A DNA stretch of 35,928 nt from an uncultured Acinetobacter sp. (GCA_900771065.1 CAAGMP010000201.1:1-35928); one strand, 5' to 3'. Shown: positions 1 to 10,110, numbered from the stretch's first letter. The notes: a model not told the origin generated them from the letters alone. Program-made: numbers and translations.

Positions 1-438
1 ACCTGGTTTAGTCAAATCATCCCAATCTTTGATGTTTTTAGGATTACCTTTACGTACCATAAATACAATGGTTGATGTGTAAGGTGCAGAGTTATTTGGA
101 AAAGCTTTTTGCCAATTTGGATCTGCTTGACCTGATTTCACAATTTCTTGAATATCATTTGCTAAAGCCAAAGTCACCACATCTGCACTTAAGCCATCTA
201 CCACAGAACGTGCTTGTTTACCCGATCCACCGTGCGATTGTTTAAAGTTAATTTTTTGTCCTGTACGAGATTGCCACCACTGACCAAACGATTTATTAAA
301 TTCATCGTAAAATTCACGTGTTGCGTCATAAGAAACGTTTAAAAAGTCACGATCCGCAGCTTGTGCAGCTGTTGCAGTCAAACCCAAACTGGTGGTGAAT
401 AACACGGCACTTACTAGCGCTTTAAAACGATTTTTCAT
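1..438 (-). CDS. sbp: Sulfate/thiosulfate ABC transporter periplasmic binding protein (5' part; continues off the left edge)
   Basis: Not in the ORF track. Manual translation from ATG at 438: [44 protein letters not shown]...[27 protein letters not shown]...[33 protein letters not shown]. It has a signal peptide plus Sbp/CysP signature motifs. Confidence 0.95.
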   Translation of the reverse strand, partial: MKNRFKALVSAVLFTTSLGLTATAAQAADRDFLNVSYDATREFYDEFNKSFGQWWQSRTGQKINFKQSHGGSGKQARSVVDGLSADVVTLALANDIQEIVKSGQADPNWQKAFPNNSAPYTSTIVFMVRKGNPKNIKDWDDLTKPG

Positions 439-952
439 AGCAACCCAAAAATAGTTAACTTTAAACTGCGAACACTATAAAAAATCTGCTTTTAGAAAAC
501 AATAAGAAAAAATTCAGATCAAATTGATAAAATTACAAGTAATTTATTGTTTATAAAAAGTATTTATTTTATTTCTTAAATTTAAATTGAATATAGTTTT
601 TTGTGCATTCTTTATGAAAAAAAATGCTTAAAAAGGTCATTTTTAAAATTTTAAAAGATATCTTTTTTTCTCAGATCATTATATTTTAAATAGATAAATC
701 GATTTTAAATATATCGTAAAATGCTTCTAATTTATGCAATTCGTTTTTATTTAATCAAAATGAATATAATTGCTTAAGATTTTTTGATCTTTGGATGAGT
801 TGATTATGCTTAATTTTCTAAAAACACAAAATAAAGCCAGCTTTGTTTTTTTTATTATCAGTTTATATGCTTTTTTAGGATTTGGATTAGGTTACATTAT
901 TTGGGAATATTTTTTATCTGTTTAAAAAATTATCTAATGGATTATTTTTTAC

Positions 953-980
953 TTGCATTCACAAAAACTTACTGTAGAAT
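953..980 (+). promoter_or_regulatory. Sigma-70 promoter of the tRNA
   Basis: TTGCAT (953-958), 16-nt spacer, TAGAAT (975-980), then a GC-rich discriminator GCACAGC just before the tRNA, as is typical of stable-RNA promoters. Confidence 0.7.
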
Positions 981-992
981 GCACAGCACAAA

Positions 993-1068
<76 letters not shown>

Positions 1069-1085
1069 TTTTTAAAGCTCGCTAT

Positions 1086-1910
1086 TTAGTGGGCTTTAAT
1101 TGTTTTTGCACTGAGCTGAACATAATGAATCAATCCATCTTGATTTAATTTTTGACACAATTTCGCGGTCATTTTAATTTTAAACATATCTAAACTACTT
1201 ATTTTCATTTTTAATTGTTGATCAATATAACAAGAAAAACCGCCAAAAACTTGTTCTGATAAATCAATTAGTTGCAAATCTTGAAAACCTTGTTTTTCAA
1301 ATTGTTGTTGTAAATTTTGCTGATTCATTAACTGATTTAAATCAACATCTGCCATTTTCAATAAATATTGATAAGCCTTTTTTTGCTTCACTGATAATTC
1401 AAAAAAAGCATCCGATAACAACAAATAATGAAATCCAACTCGTCCATTTTCTGCTAAAAGATAATGCGCAGCCGCTAAAAAATCGTTTAAATTGGTATGA
1501 TAAGCTGCATCGACGCATAACACGACGTCAAAACTATGTGCGGGTAAAATGTTTTGTGGTTGTAAAAATGATGCCTGATAAATTGATAAATGACCTTGTT
1601 GATGCAATTTTTTAACTAATTTCTTTTGTAATTCAATTGCTGTGACCGCTTTCACGTGAAATTGATTTTTCCACAGCAGCAAACTCGCACCTTGTCCACA
1701 ACCCAAATCGATTAAACGATCTTTTGCATTTAACTTTACACTTTGCGCCAATACAGTTGCAAGCTGTTGACTTGCTTGAATATAATTTTGAGTTTGATCA
1801 TCCCAAAAACCTAAATTGCTCCATGCATTTTCCCGACGATCTCCCAATAATTTTGCATTAATTACATATTTATGTGGAAAAAATGCCTGCAATACATGAA
1901 GCAAATTCAT
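1086..1910 (-). CDS. Class I SAM-dependent methyltransferase
   Basis: LIDLGCGQG SAM-binding motif I, FDVVLCVDAAYH motif and N-terminal WSNLGFW; starts 3 nt after the oxidoreductase stop. Confidence 0.88.
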   Translation of the reverse strand: MNLLHVLQAFFPHKYVINAKLLGDRRENAWSNLGFWDDQTQNYIQASQQLATVLAQSVKLNAKDRLIDLGCGQGASLLLWKNQFHVKAVTAIELQKKLVKKLHQQGHLSIYQASFLQPQNILPAHSFDVVLCVDAAYHTNLNDFLAAAHYLLAENGRVGFHYLLLSDAFFELSVKQKKAYQYLLKMADVDLNQLMNQQNLQQQFEKQGFQDLQLIDLSEQVFGGFSCYIDQQLKMKISSLDMFKIKMTAKLCQKLNQDGLIHYVQLSAKTIKAH

Positions 1911-1913
1911 AGA

Positions 1914-3212
1914 TTAGTAACCTAATTCAGGTGCAATCTCAATTTTAGGTTCTAGCCCAACAAAAGGCAGCGGTGCGCCAAAAATTTTAGAAATATTCAT
2001 GGCTGAAGTTACAGCAGATTCTAAAATAGGCAAACCATCACATGACCATGAACCACAGAAAAACACTTTACGGTTAGGTTGTTCATGGCGCTTTTGAATT
2101 TCTGTATTTAATGCAACGGTTTGAGAATCAACCACAGCACGGGTTAAACGCACTTGAGAAATAATTTTTTTAGAATCAATATCAGTAACAGGTCGCCAAG
2201 TTTGGAAAATTGCACTTTTACCCACTAAAGATGGTTCAACTGCATTTAACCAAACGGTAAATTGTTGACGCGTAAATTGACGATCCATCATATAACTCAG
2301 TACTGACCAATCTTTACGTTTTGGCGGCATAACCGAATTATCCGTATGAATAACCAAATCACCTTCTTCAAAACGGAATTTTTTAAGCAATTCAATATCT
2401 TCTGCAAACTGCTGATTATCTAAAAAGTTTTCAATTTTATTGGTTGGTGTCGCCACAACAACCCGATCAAAGTAAGTTTTACGACCTTCATTATTTTCAA
2501 CTAGAACTTTGTCATTTTGCTCAGAGATAGCGGTAATGGCTGAACCACTGACAATTTGGATACCTTGAACCAATTTATCTACAAAAGCAGGTGTCCCGCC
2601 TTTTAAGCGTAACAAAGCATCACCATCGGTCAATTGACGTAAGAAAATTAGCAAAGGTTTTGCAGGCCAGTTGCCAATTGTTTTTGGATCACAAGTACAA
2701 ATAGTGTACAAAACAGGCATGATGACGCCATGTAAAAAAACTTCTTCTATTTGATTACGATTGATAAATTCGGCAAGGGTAATTTCTTGTTCTGAAGATT
2801 TAAAAAATTTAAAAATAGCAGTTTTTAACTGCAACATGCCTTTGACAAGACGCCAACCGTATTGCTGAATCCCTTTACGATTATTGATAATAGGAAAATT
2901 ACCAATACGACTGCGCGAAGTCGTTAACCAAGTTTCTGTTCGGTCTTCAAATAACCAACTACACGACATATAAGTGCGTACAGGGTAGGTTTTCAAGCCT
3001 AAATGCGTTGCTAAGCTTAGCGTATTTTTCCACAGATAAGGATTCATGACACGCAATGGCGCATCAATCAGCCCATCTTCAAATTCAAGGCTAAAGCTGT
3101 CCATACCACGGCCGGGCAATGCTTCAAAGATCGTAATATTATGTCCAGCATCTTTTAAAATTCGTGCTGTAGCGAGCCCAGCCATGCCGCTACCAATGAC
3201 TGCAATATCCAA
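1914..3212 (-). CDS. FAD-dependent oxidoreductase (amine oxidase/desaturase-like)
   Basis: N-terminal IAVIGSGMAGL (GxGxxG) with downstream E, DRVVVATP and C-terminal FCGSW...ESAVTSA; TTG start. Confidence 0.88.
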   Translation of the reverse strand: MDIAVIGSGMAGLATARILKDAGHNITIFEALPGRGMDSFSLEFEDGLIDAPLRVMNPYLWKNTLSLATHLGLKTYPVRTYMSCSWLFEDRTETWLTTSRSRIGNFPIINNRKGIQQYGWRLVKGMLQLKTAIFKFFKSSEQEITLAEFINRNQIEEVFLHGVIMPVLYTICTCDPKTIGNWPAKPLLIFLRQLTDGDALLRLKGGTPAFVDKLVQGIQIVSGSAITAISEQNDKVLVENNEGRKTYFDRVVVATPTNKIENFLDNQQFAEDIELLKKFRFEEGDLVIHTDNSVMPPKRKDWSVLSYMMDRQFTRQQFTVWLNAVEPSLVGKSAIFQTWRPVTDIDSKKIISQVRLTRAVVDSQTVALNTEIQKRHEQPNRKVFFCGSWSCDGLPILESAVTSAMNISKIFGAPLPFVGLEPKIEIAPELGY

Positions 3213-3305
3213 AATATTATCTCATCTTTTTTTAAATAATATTCTGATTATGACCCAATCTTTGTGAAATCGAATTGTTAAAAACTACCAAGATTTTATT
3301 TTTAT

Positions 3306-3656
3306 TTAAGCACTTTTAGGTGGAATAAATTCAGTTTCAATTGCAACTAGCGGAATAAGCTGATGTGCTTTACGTGCTTTATTACATTGCTCATCGGCAA
3401 TTTGAACTTCTTTACACGAACTACTACGACTAGCGTAAACACTACAACTGACTTGTTGACCAACCACACCAGTTAATGCAATACATCTTGGATTTTTCTG
3501 ATTAGTTCCAACCATACAAGAATATACAGCATTAATGGATTCAACATGGTTTTGCGGTAAAATTTCGCCTTCAGCCCAATAGAACGACACCCTAAAATAA
3601 GCACAACATGCACCACAAGTTAGGCACGCATCTGCTGTTGCAAGTTGAGATAACAT
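3306..3656 (-). CDS. YkgJ-family cysteine-cluster (putative Fe-S/Zn-binding) protein
   Basis: CLTCGACC, RCIAL and CSVYASRSSSC motifs. Confidence 0.88.
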   Translation of the reverse strand: MLSQLATADACLTCGACCAYFRVSFYWAEGEILPQNHVESINAVYSCMVGTNQKNPRCIALTGVVGQQVSCSVYASRSSSCKEVQIADEQCNKARKAHQLIPLVAIETEFIPPKSA

Positions 3657-3737
3657 CTTATTAATATTCTCGTCATCAAAAGAAATTTAGATGGAAAATA
3701 TAAAAAATGTTATTTCTAAATACAAGATTTTTTTAGC

Positions 3738-4538
3738 TTAATAAGCAGGGCAACTAAATAAATTTTCGTCAGCTAAATCGACACCGCATTGTAAATTTTC
3801 GACCCAAGATAGAAATTGTTCAATCTGTTTTTTACCAACAAATGGCAAACCATGTTGCGGTACAATCATTTCAACATCCATTTTACGCACCATATTGACC
3901 CATAAACGAATGACTTTATTAGAACACATATAACGCTGATGGAAGCCTTTCATATTCGGAATATGCGCTTCAAAATCTTCCAATTTGGTTGTTGCATCGC
4001 TCACCATCGATGCGCCCATATCACCTGAAAATAAAATTTTCGCAACAGGATCATAAAATTGGAAATTACCTACAGAGTGTAAGAAATGAGCAGGTACAGC
4101 AACAATCGAAGCATCACCTAAAGGAATGACTTGACCACGATCTGGCAGTTCAATTAATCGATCTGACCAACTGCCTTTCATGCGGTCACTCATAAATGCA
4201 GAATTTAAATGTGGTAAAAAGCGTGCCCATAATTTAGAAGAAACGACTTTGGCATCGGTATACACCAACCAACGTGGCATAGAAGTGATAATGTCAGGAT
4301 CTTGATGCGATGCCATGACATATTCTAAGTTAGTTAGTTTAGTATATTTATTAATTTCCATGGTTAATGGAACGTAGGTTAAATCGCCACCTGGATCAAG
4401 CACCGCAGCACTTTTTCCATTTACAATAAGGAACTGATTGGCTTGAACCCCTTCGCCCTTGACTAAACTGGTAAAGCTAATACATTTATGTGTACCGTTA
4501 TCAAAAAGTACCTGAGACGTTGTACGGTCAAATGCCAT
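3738..4538 (-). CDS. Metallo-beta-lactamase-fold di-iron protein (ODP/FprA N-terminal-like, no flavodoxin domain)
   Basis: DPGG, SHQDPD, AHFLHS, LFSGD and PQHG motifs; 266 aa stand-alone domain. Confidence 0.85.
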   Translation of the reverse strand: MAFDRTTSQVLFDNGTHKCISFTSLVKGEGVQANQFLIVNGKSAAVLDPGGDLTYVPLTMEINKYTKLTNLEYVMASHQDPDIITSMPRWLVYTDAKVVSSKLWARFLPHLNSAFMSDRMKGSWSDRLIELPDRGQVIPLGDASIVAVPAHFLHSVGNFQFYDPVAKILFSGDMGASMVSDATTKLEDFEAHIPNMKGFHQRYMCSNKVIRLWVNMVRKMDVEMIVPQHGLPFVGKKQIEQFLSWVENLQCGVDLADENLFSCPAY

Positions 4539-4693
4539 TTCTATTTCCCCAATATTTTAATTTTTACGAAATATGTTATTGTCGCATACCTTATAGCGAT
4601 TTTAAAAAAGTTACAACAGCTTTAAATATCATTCACTTTATATTAAAAACCAAGAACCAATTCCTATTATTTTTGATTCTTGGTCATTTTATT

Positions 4694-5269
4694 TTAATTC
4701 CAATAATGTTGCGCTAAAGTCAAAATACCAATCACTAAGAAAATGAATGCGCCAATTTTATGAATCAATGCAATTGGTAAACGATTTGCTAATTTATCAC
4801 CAATAAAGACCGCTGGTGCATTGGCAATCATCATACCCACGGTTGTACCACAAGTAACCCAAAAAATACTGTCATAACGTGCAGCTAAAGCAACGGTTGC
4901 TATTTGTGTTTTATCACCAATTTCAGCTAAAAAGAATAGAACAAAAGTCGCACCAAACACGCCTAATTTTTGCCATTTGTTAATGCCTTCGCTTTCATCA
5001 TCCAATTCGTCAGGAACTAACATCCAAAGTGCCATTGCAATAAAACCAACAGCCAAAATCCAAACCAAAACATCAGGGCTTAAAACAGTGGTAATCCATT
5101 GTCCTAAAACAGCAGAAACACCATGATTAATGACAGTTGCAAGTAAAATAGCAATTAAAATAGGAACAGGTTTACGAAAGCGCGCAGCCAGTAATAACGC
5201 CAATAATTGAGTTTTATCGCCCATTTCAGCAAGGGCAACAATTGCGGTAGAAATAAAAAATTCGTGCAT
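4694..5269 (-). CDS. UPF0016 (TMEM165/GDT1, MneA-like) Mn2+/Ca2+ transporter
   Basis: Two EXGDKT motifs (AEMGDKTQ, AEIGDKTQ) and about six hydrophobic segments. Start moved to ATG 5269 (MHEFFIS), which is preceded by GAGA. Confidence 0.93.
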   Translation of the reverse strand: MHEFFISTAIVALAEMGDKTQLLALLLAARFRKPVPILIAILLATVINHGVSAVLGQWITTVLSPDVLVWILAVGFIAMALWMLVPDELDDESEGINKWQKLGVFGATFVLFFLAEIGDKTQIATVALAARYDSIFWVTCGTTVGMMIANAPAVFIGDKLANRLPIALIHKIGAFIFLVIGILTLAQHYWN

Positions 5270-5337
5270 AGCGTTTCTCTGGCTAGCATAAAATACCAAT
5301 GACTTATCGCTCCTGCTAGCCAATTGCAGAGTGACAA

Positions 5338-5469
5338 ATCAAAGGTCTTGCCAACAAAAGAAAACTTTTAAGAAAAGCTTAATTGGTATTTTGCTATGAT
5401 GACCATACTCGTTTTGAGTAAATATGTTGACCATCACCTATTCAAACGAATAGCGGCTACTCCCCAATG
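5338..5469 (-). ncRNA. yybP-ykoY manganese riboswitch
   Basis: Minus strand reads CATTGGGGAGTAGCC...GATGGTCAACATATT...TGGTCATC...GGCAAGACCTTTGA. These are the conserved GGGGAGUAGC, UCAACAUA and GGCAAGACC elements, in the leader of a UPF0016 gene. Confidence 0.9.
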
Positions 5470-5479
5470 AAGTGAACGC

Positions 5480-5508
5480 ATTGTAGCAAAATCGTAAGAA
5501 ACGATCAA
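5480..5508 (-). promoter_or_regulatory. Sigma-70 promoter for the riboswitch-UPF0016 transcript
   Basis: TTGATC (5503-5508), 17-nt spacer, extended -10 TGCTACAAT (5480-5488), about 10 nt upstream of the aptamer. Confidence 0.75.
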
Positions 5509-5521
5509 CCTGCACTAAAAC

Positions 5522-5551
5522 GCAAAAAACCTACATTCTGTAGGTTTTTTG
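5522..5551. terminator. Intrinsic terminator after aceF
   Basis: CAAAAAACCTACA-TTC-TGTAGGTTTTTTG hairpin with a T-run on both strands. Confidence 0.85.
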
Positions 5552-5574
5552 TGCATGCTTTTAAGGTATGTTTT

Positions 5575-7194
5575 TTATAACAATAAAGTACGAATGTCTT
5601 GCAATAATTTACTCAATTTATTGGTAAAACGTGCTGCATCTGCACCATTAATTACTCGATGATCATAAGATAACGATAACGGTAACATCAATTTTGGATC
5701 AAAACTTGCTCCATTCCAAACAGGCTGCATGGTGGCAGGTGAAATACCTAAAATTGCAACTTGCGGCCAGTTAACCAACGGCGTAAATGCTGTACCACCA
5801 ATTGAACCTAAACTGGTAATAGTAAAGTTTGCACCTTGTAAATCTTTTGGTGAAAGCTTTTTATCACGGGCTTTTTGACCCAATTCACCCAATTCAATTG
5901 CAATTTGTTTAATTGATTTTTGATCTGGATGACGCAATACAGGTACAGTTAAGCCATCTGGCGTTGCAACAGCAATACCCATATGGATTTCTTTACGCAA
6001 CAAAACCGATTTACCATCATCGGACAAATGTCCTGCAAATTCACGCTCTTCTTTTAACAAATGCGCCACTGCTTTAATGATAAATGCCATGATAGTCAAG
6101 CTAATACCATCTTTTTTGAAGTTAGCTTTAAGTTCGTTGCGCCATGCTTCAAGCTCAGTAATATCAGCTAAATCGAACTGTGTTACTTGTGGAATATAAT
6201 TATTCAACGATAGCTGCGGAATTGAAACTTGCTGCAAACGCGTTAACTCTTTTTCTTCTACGCCACCAAAAGCATCAAAACTTGGTAATTTAGGCAAACC
6301 TGAAGCAACTGCAACTTGAGTTTGTACCGAAGCAGGTGCTGCGGTTAAACGTGTTTTCACATAAGCAAATAAATCTTCCTTAATTAAGCGCGCATGTGAA
6401 CCCGATGCTTGAACATCGGCCAAAATAACGCCCAATTCACGTGCTAATTTGCGTACCGCAGGTCCTGCATAAACTTTGGCATTGGCAGCATTTTGCTCTT
6501 TGGTTAACTTATCTGTTGTGTTATTAACTAATGGCGTGGTTGCTGGTTTTTCGACTTGTGTTGTCGTTAGTGTAACTGGCGTCACAGGTTCTGGCGTTAC
6601 TGTTTTTGGTTGTTCCACCACCACAGCAGATGACATCGTTTTCACTTTTAAAATGACGACACCCTCTTTAACCACATCACCTACCGCAATCTGAATAGCT
6701 TCAACTGTACCTGCAACAACACTTGGTACTTCAACAGTCGCTTTGTCAGACTCAACCAAAATAAGACTTTGATCAACTTCAATTTGATCACCCACAGCAA
6801 CCAAAATTTCACCCACTGTTGCTTTTTCAACACCAATATCAGGGACTTGGACATCCACAATTTGTGCTGTTACAGTAGCTTGCGTTGCTTCAATAACTGT
6901 TTTAGATTCAACAACAGGGGCAAGTTCTTCTTTAGTATCAATCAATTTAGCTGATGTTGCTGTTGGATTTTCAGCTTCTAATTCAATTAAAACTGAACCT
7001 TCAACAACACTGTCACCTAAATGAACAAGAATATTTTTCACTACACCCGCCGAAGCACTTGGTACTTCAACAGAGGCTTTGTCCGATTCAAGCAAAACAA
7101 TACTGTCATCAATGGCAATCACATCACCAACTTTGACTAAAATATCCGCTACAGTGGCTTTATCTACACCAATATCAGGAGTTTTAATTTGCAT
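5575..7194 (-). CDS. aceF: Pyruvate dehydrogenase E2, dihydrolipoamide acetyltransferase
   Basis: Two lipoyl domains (ESDKAS, ESDKAT), subunit-binding domain AGPAVRKLARELG, catalytic DHRVINGAD. Confidence 0.97.
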   Translation of the reverse strand: MQIKTPDIGVDKATVADILVKVGDVIAIDDSIVLLESDKASVEVPSASAGVVKNILVHLGDSVVEGSVLIELEAENPTATSAKLIDTKEELAPVVESKTVIEATQATVTAQIVDVQVPDIGVEKATVGEILVAVGDQIEVDQSLILVESDKATVEVPSVVAGTVEAIQIAVGDVVKEGVVILKVKTMSSAVVVEQPKTVTPEPVTPVTLTTTQVEKPATTPLVNNTTDKLTKEQNAANAKVYAGPAVRKLARELGVILADVQASGSHARLIKEDLFAYVKTRLTAAPASVQTQVAVASGLPKLPSFDAFGGVEEKELTRLQQVSIPQLSLNNYIPQVTQFDLADITELEAWRNELKANFKKDGISLTIMAFIIKAVAHLLKEEREFAGHLSDDGKSVLLRKEIHMGIAVATPDGLTVPVLRHPDQKSIKQIAIELGELGQKARDKKLSPKDLQGANFTITSLGSIGGTAFTPLVNWPQVAILGISPATMQPVWNGASFDPKLMLPLSLSYDHRVINGADAARFTNKLSKLLQDIRTLLL

Positions 7195-7196
7195 GA

Positions 7197-9899
7197 TTAA
7201 TTCTCCTCTTTATAGTCTGCAACAGCATGAAGTTCGGGATGTGCTTGTGGTGCCCATGCCACAGGACGATCCGTATCTAATTCAAAACTAGAAATCGCAT
7301 CTTTAACTAAACGTGGATCAACTTCACCTTCATCGGCTAATTTTTTCAAAGTCGCAACCACAATATGTGCAGCATCAACACCAAAATAACTACGTAAGTT
7401 ACCACGTGTATCTGAACGACCATATCCATCTGTACCTAAAGCGACAAACGGACGACCTTCAGGTAAATAACCACGAATTTGTTCACTATAAGCACGAATA
7501 TGATCTGTTGCTGAAACGACAATGCCTGAAGTGTCACGTAATTGTTGTTCAACCCAAGATGTTTTCACTTCTTCAGCTAAAGGATGCAAACGGTTGTATT
7601 CTTCGCATGCCATACCATCACGGGCAAGTTCATTGAAACTGGTGACGCTCCAAACATTCGAATGAATATTATATTCTTCACGTAAAATATCAGCAGCTTT
7701 CATCACTTCACGTAAAATAACACCTGAGCCCATTAATTGTACTGTTGCTTTTTCATCTTCTTGCAACAAGTACATACCACGTTTAATTCCTTCCTCCACA
7801 CCTTGTGGCATTGCAGGATGTTCGTAGTTTTCGTTCATGACTGTTAAATAATAAAACACACGTTCTTGATTTACATACATGCGTTGTAAACCATCATGAA
7901 CAATGACTGCCAATTCGTAACCAAAACATGGATCATAAGAAACACAGTTTGGAATGGTATTAGCTAAAATATGTGAATGACCATCTTGGTGTTGTAAACC
8001 TTCACCATTTAAAGTTGTACGACCTGCGGTTGCACCGAGTAAAAAACCTTGTGCTTGTGCATCGCCTGCTGCCCATGCAATATCGCCAATGCGTTGGAAA
8101 CCAAACATCGAGTAATACATGTACATTGGAATCATAGGTAAATTATTGGTTGAATAACTTGTACCTAATGCAGCCCAAGCACTCATTGCACCTGCTTCGT
8201 TAATCCCTTCTTGTAACATGTGACCATCTTTTGCTTCACGATAGTTCATGAGCTGTTCTTGGTCTTCAGGCGTATATTTTTGACCATGCGCGGCATAAAT
8301 GCCTAATTGACGGAACATCCCTTCCAAACCAAAAGTACGTGCTTCGTCGGGTACAATTGGCACAACACGATCTTTAATGGCTTTTTCTTTCAATAATGCT
8401 GAAATTAAACGCACCATTAACATAGTTGTAGATTGGTGTTTGCCTTCGCTACCTTTGAGTACCGAATCAAAAACAGAAAGTTCAGGAATTTGTAATGGCT
8501 CACTTTCTTTACGACGTGCTGGTAAATAACCACCCAACGCTTCACGACGCGCTTTCATGTATTTCAGCTCAGGTGAATTTTCATTTGGACGATAAAATGG
8601 CAATTCTTCTAATTGTTCATCGGTAAATGGTAAATTAAAACGATTACGAACATATTTTAACGATTCAAGCTGCATCTTTTTGATTTGATGCGTTTTATTA
8701 ACCGCTTCAATTTCATCAGATAAACCATAACCTTTGACTGTTTTGGCTAAAATAACAGTTGGTTGACCTTTGGCTTTGGTTGCTTCGGCATAAGCAGCAA
8801 AGACTTTATAAGGGTCATGACCACCACGGTTCAAATTTTCAATATCTTCATCGCTTAAATCTTTCACTAAAGCTTCTGCTTCAGGATATTTACCAAAGAA
8901 ATGCGCACGTGCATATGCACCACCTTTCACTTGATAACGTTGATAATCACCATCTACCGCTTCTTCCATTACCGCTTTGAGTGCGCCCGATTCATCTTTT
9001 GCCAACAATGGATCCCAACGACGTCCCCAAACTACTTTAATAACGCGCCAACCTGCGCCACGGAATAATGATTCTAATTCTTGAATAATTTTACCGTTAC
9101 CACGAACAGGACCATCTAAACGCTGTAAATTACAGTTTACAACCCAAATTAAGTTATCGAGTTTTTCACGACCTGCTAATGAAATTGCGCCTAAGCTTTC
9201 AGGCTCATCCATTTCACCATCGCCAAGATATGCCCAAACTTTACGATCTTCATCTTTAATTAGACCACGATTCATCAAATATTTTTGAATATGGGCTTGA
9301 TAAATAGACATAATTGGACCCAAACCCATTGATACGGTTGGGAATTGCCAATAGTCTGGCATTAAATAAGGGTGCGGATAACTTGGTAAACCTTTACCTG
9401 CAACTTCACGACGGAAATTATTTAAATGTTCTTCGGTTAAGCGACCTTCTAAAAATGAGCGCGCATAAATACCCGGTGCACAGTGACCTTGATAATAAAT
9501 CATGTCCCCGCCAAAATGATCATTCCCTGCACGGAAAAAGTGGTTAAAACCCACATCATACAAGGTCGCAGAAGAAGCAAAACTTGCTAAATGACCACCT
9601 AAATCATCACCTGTTTTATTCGCACGAAGTACCATTGCTAAGGCATTCCAACGAATTAAAGCACGAATACGACGTTCCATATCTTGATCGCCGGGCATCG
9701 GTGGCTCTTCATCAACAGAAATGGTATTTAAATAAGGCGTATTTAAGCGTTGAATAGGAACATGTTTTTCGATAGCGCGTTGGTATAATTTTTCTAATAA
9801 AAATGCTGCTCGTTCTGTACCCATATGTTGCAAAACAGAATCAAAGGCTTCCTGCCATTCTTGAGTTTCTTGCGCGTCGGTATCACCATAAAACGCCAT
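7197..9899 (-). CDS. aceE: Pyruvate dehydrogenase E1 (homodimeric type)
   Basis: FPTVSMGLGP, GDGEMDEPES...NCNLQRLDGP TPP motif, GRTTLNGEGLQHQDG. Confidence 0.98.
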   Translation of the reverse strand: MAFYGDTDAQETQEWQEAFDSVLQHMGTERAAFLLEKLYQRAIEKHVPIQRLNTPYLNTISVDEEPPMPGDQDMERRIRALIRWNALAMVLRANKTGDDLGGHLASFASSATLYDVGFNHFFRAGNDHFGGDMIYYQGHCAPGIYARSFLEGRLTEEHLNNFRREVAGKGLPSYPHPYLMPDYWQFPTVSMGLGPIMSIYQAHIQKYLMNRGLIKDEDRKVWAYLGDGEMDEPESLGAISLAGREKLDNLIWVVNCNLQRLDGPVRGNGKIIQELESLFRGAGWRVIKVVWGRRWDPLLAKDESGALKAVMEEAVDGDYQRYQVKGGAYARAHFFGKYPEAEALVKDLSDEDIENLNRGGHDPYKVFAAYAEATKAKGQPTVILAKTVKGYGLSDEIEAVNKTHQIKKMQLESLKYVRNRFNLPFTDEQLEELPFYRPNENSPELKYMKARREALGGYLPARRKESEPLQIPELSVFDSVLKGSEGKHQSTTMLMVRLISALLKEKAIKDRVVPIVPDEARTFGLEGMFRQLGIYAAHGQKYTPEDQEQLMNYREAKDGHMLQEGINEAGAMSAWAALGTSYSTNNLPMIPMYMYYSMFGFQRIGDIAWAAGDAQAQGFLLGATAGRTTLNGEGLQHQDGHSHILANTIPNCVSYDPCFGYELAVIVHDGLQRMYVNQERVFYYLTVMNENYEHPAMPQGVEEGIKRGMYLLQEDEKATVQLMGSGVILREVMKAADILREEYNIHSNVWSVTSFNELARDGMACEEYNRLHPLAEEVKTSWVEQQLRDTSGIVVSATDHIRAYSEQIRGYLPEGRPFVALGTDGYGRSDTRGNLRSYFGVDAAHIVVATLKKLADEGEVDPRLVKDAISSFELDTDRPVAWAPQAHPELHAVADYKEEN

Positions 9900-10041
9900 A
9901 TTTCACCTTCTTTCACAAAACTTAAATTTAATTGTTGTTTTACCACACTTTGCTCAATCATAGATATTGTTATAAATGAATGCGCCAATAGTCCAATATT
10001 TATTAAATAAATACTTGTAGTTATTTATTATGATATGAAAC

Positions 10042-10070
10042 AAAAAACCATCTAATTTAGATGGTTTTTT
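10042..10070. terminator. Intrinsic terminator after the M23 peptidase gene
   Basis: AAAAAACCATCTA-ATT-TAGATGGTTTTTT. Confidence 0.85.
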
Positions 10071-10110
10071 AAACAATTTTGTTTTTTAAAATATAAAACT
10101 CATTTTTAAA

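Noticed and set aside
3235..3253. Fur-box-like ATAAT-N6-ATTAT upstream of the oxidoreductase
   Set aside because: Spacing is one base off the Fur consensus in AT-rich DNA; it more likely reflects a -10 element.
6700..7194. Internal near-duplication in aceF
   Set aside because: Explained by the two tandem lipoyl domains.
6476..9988. Short antisense and alternate-frame ORFs over aceF/aceE, and similar ones over ftsZ, murC, ribH, pgpA, glmU and glmS
   Set aside because: They are shadows of well-supported genes, with no recognisable motifs.
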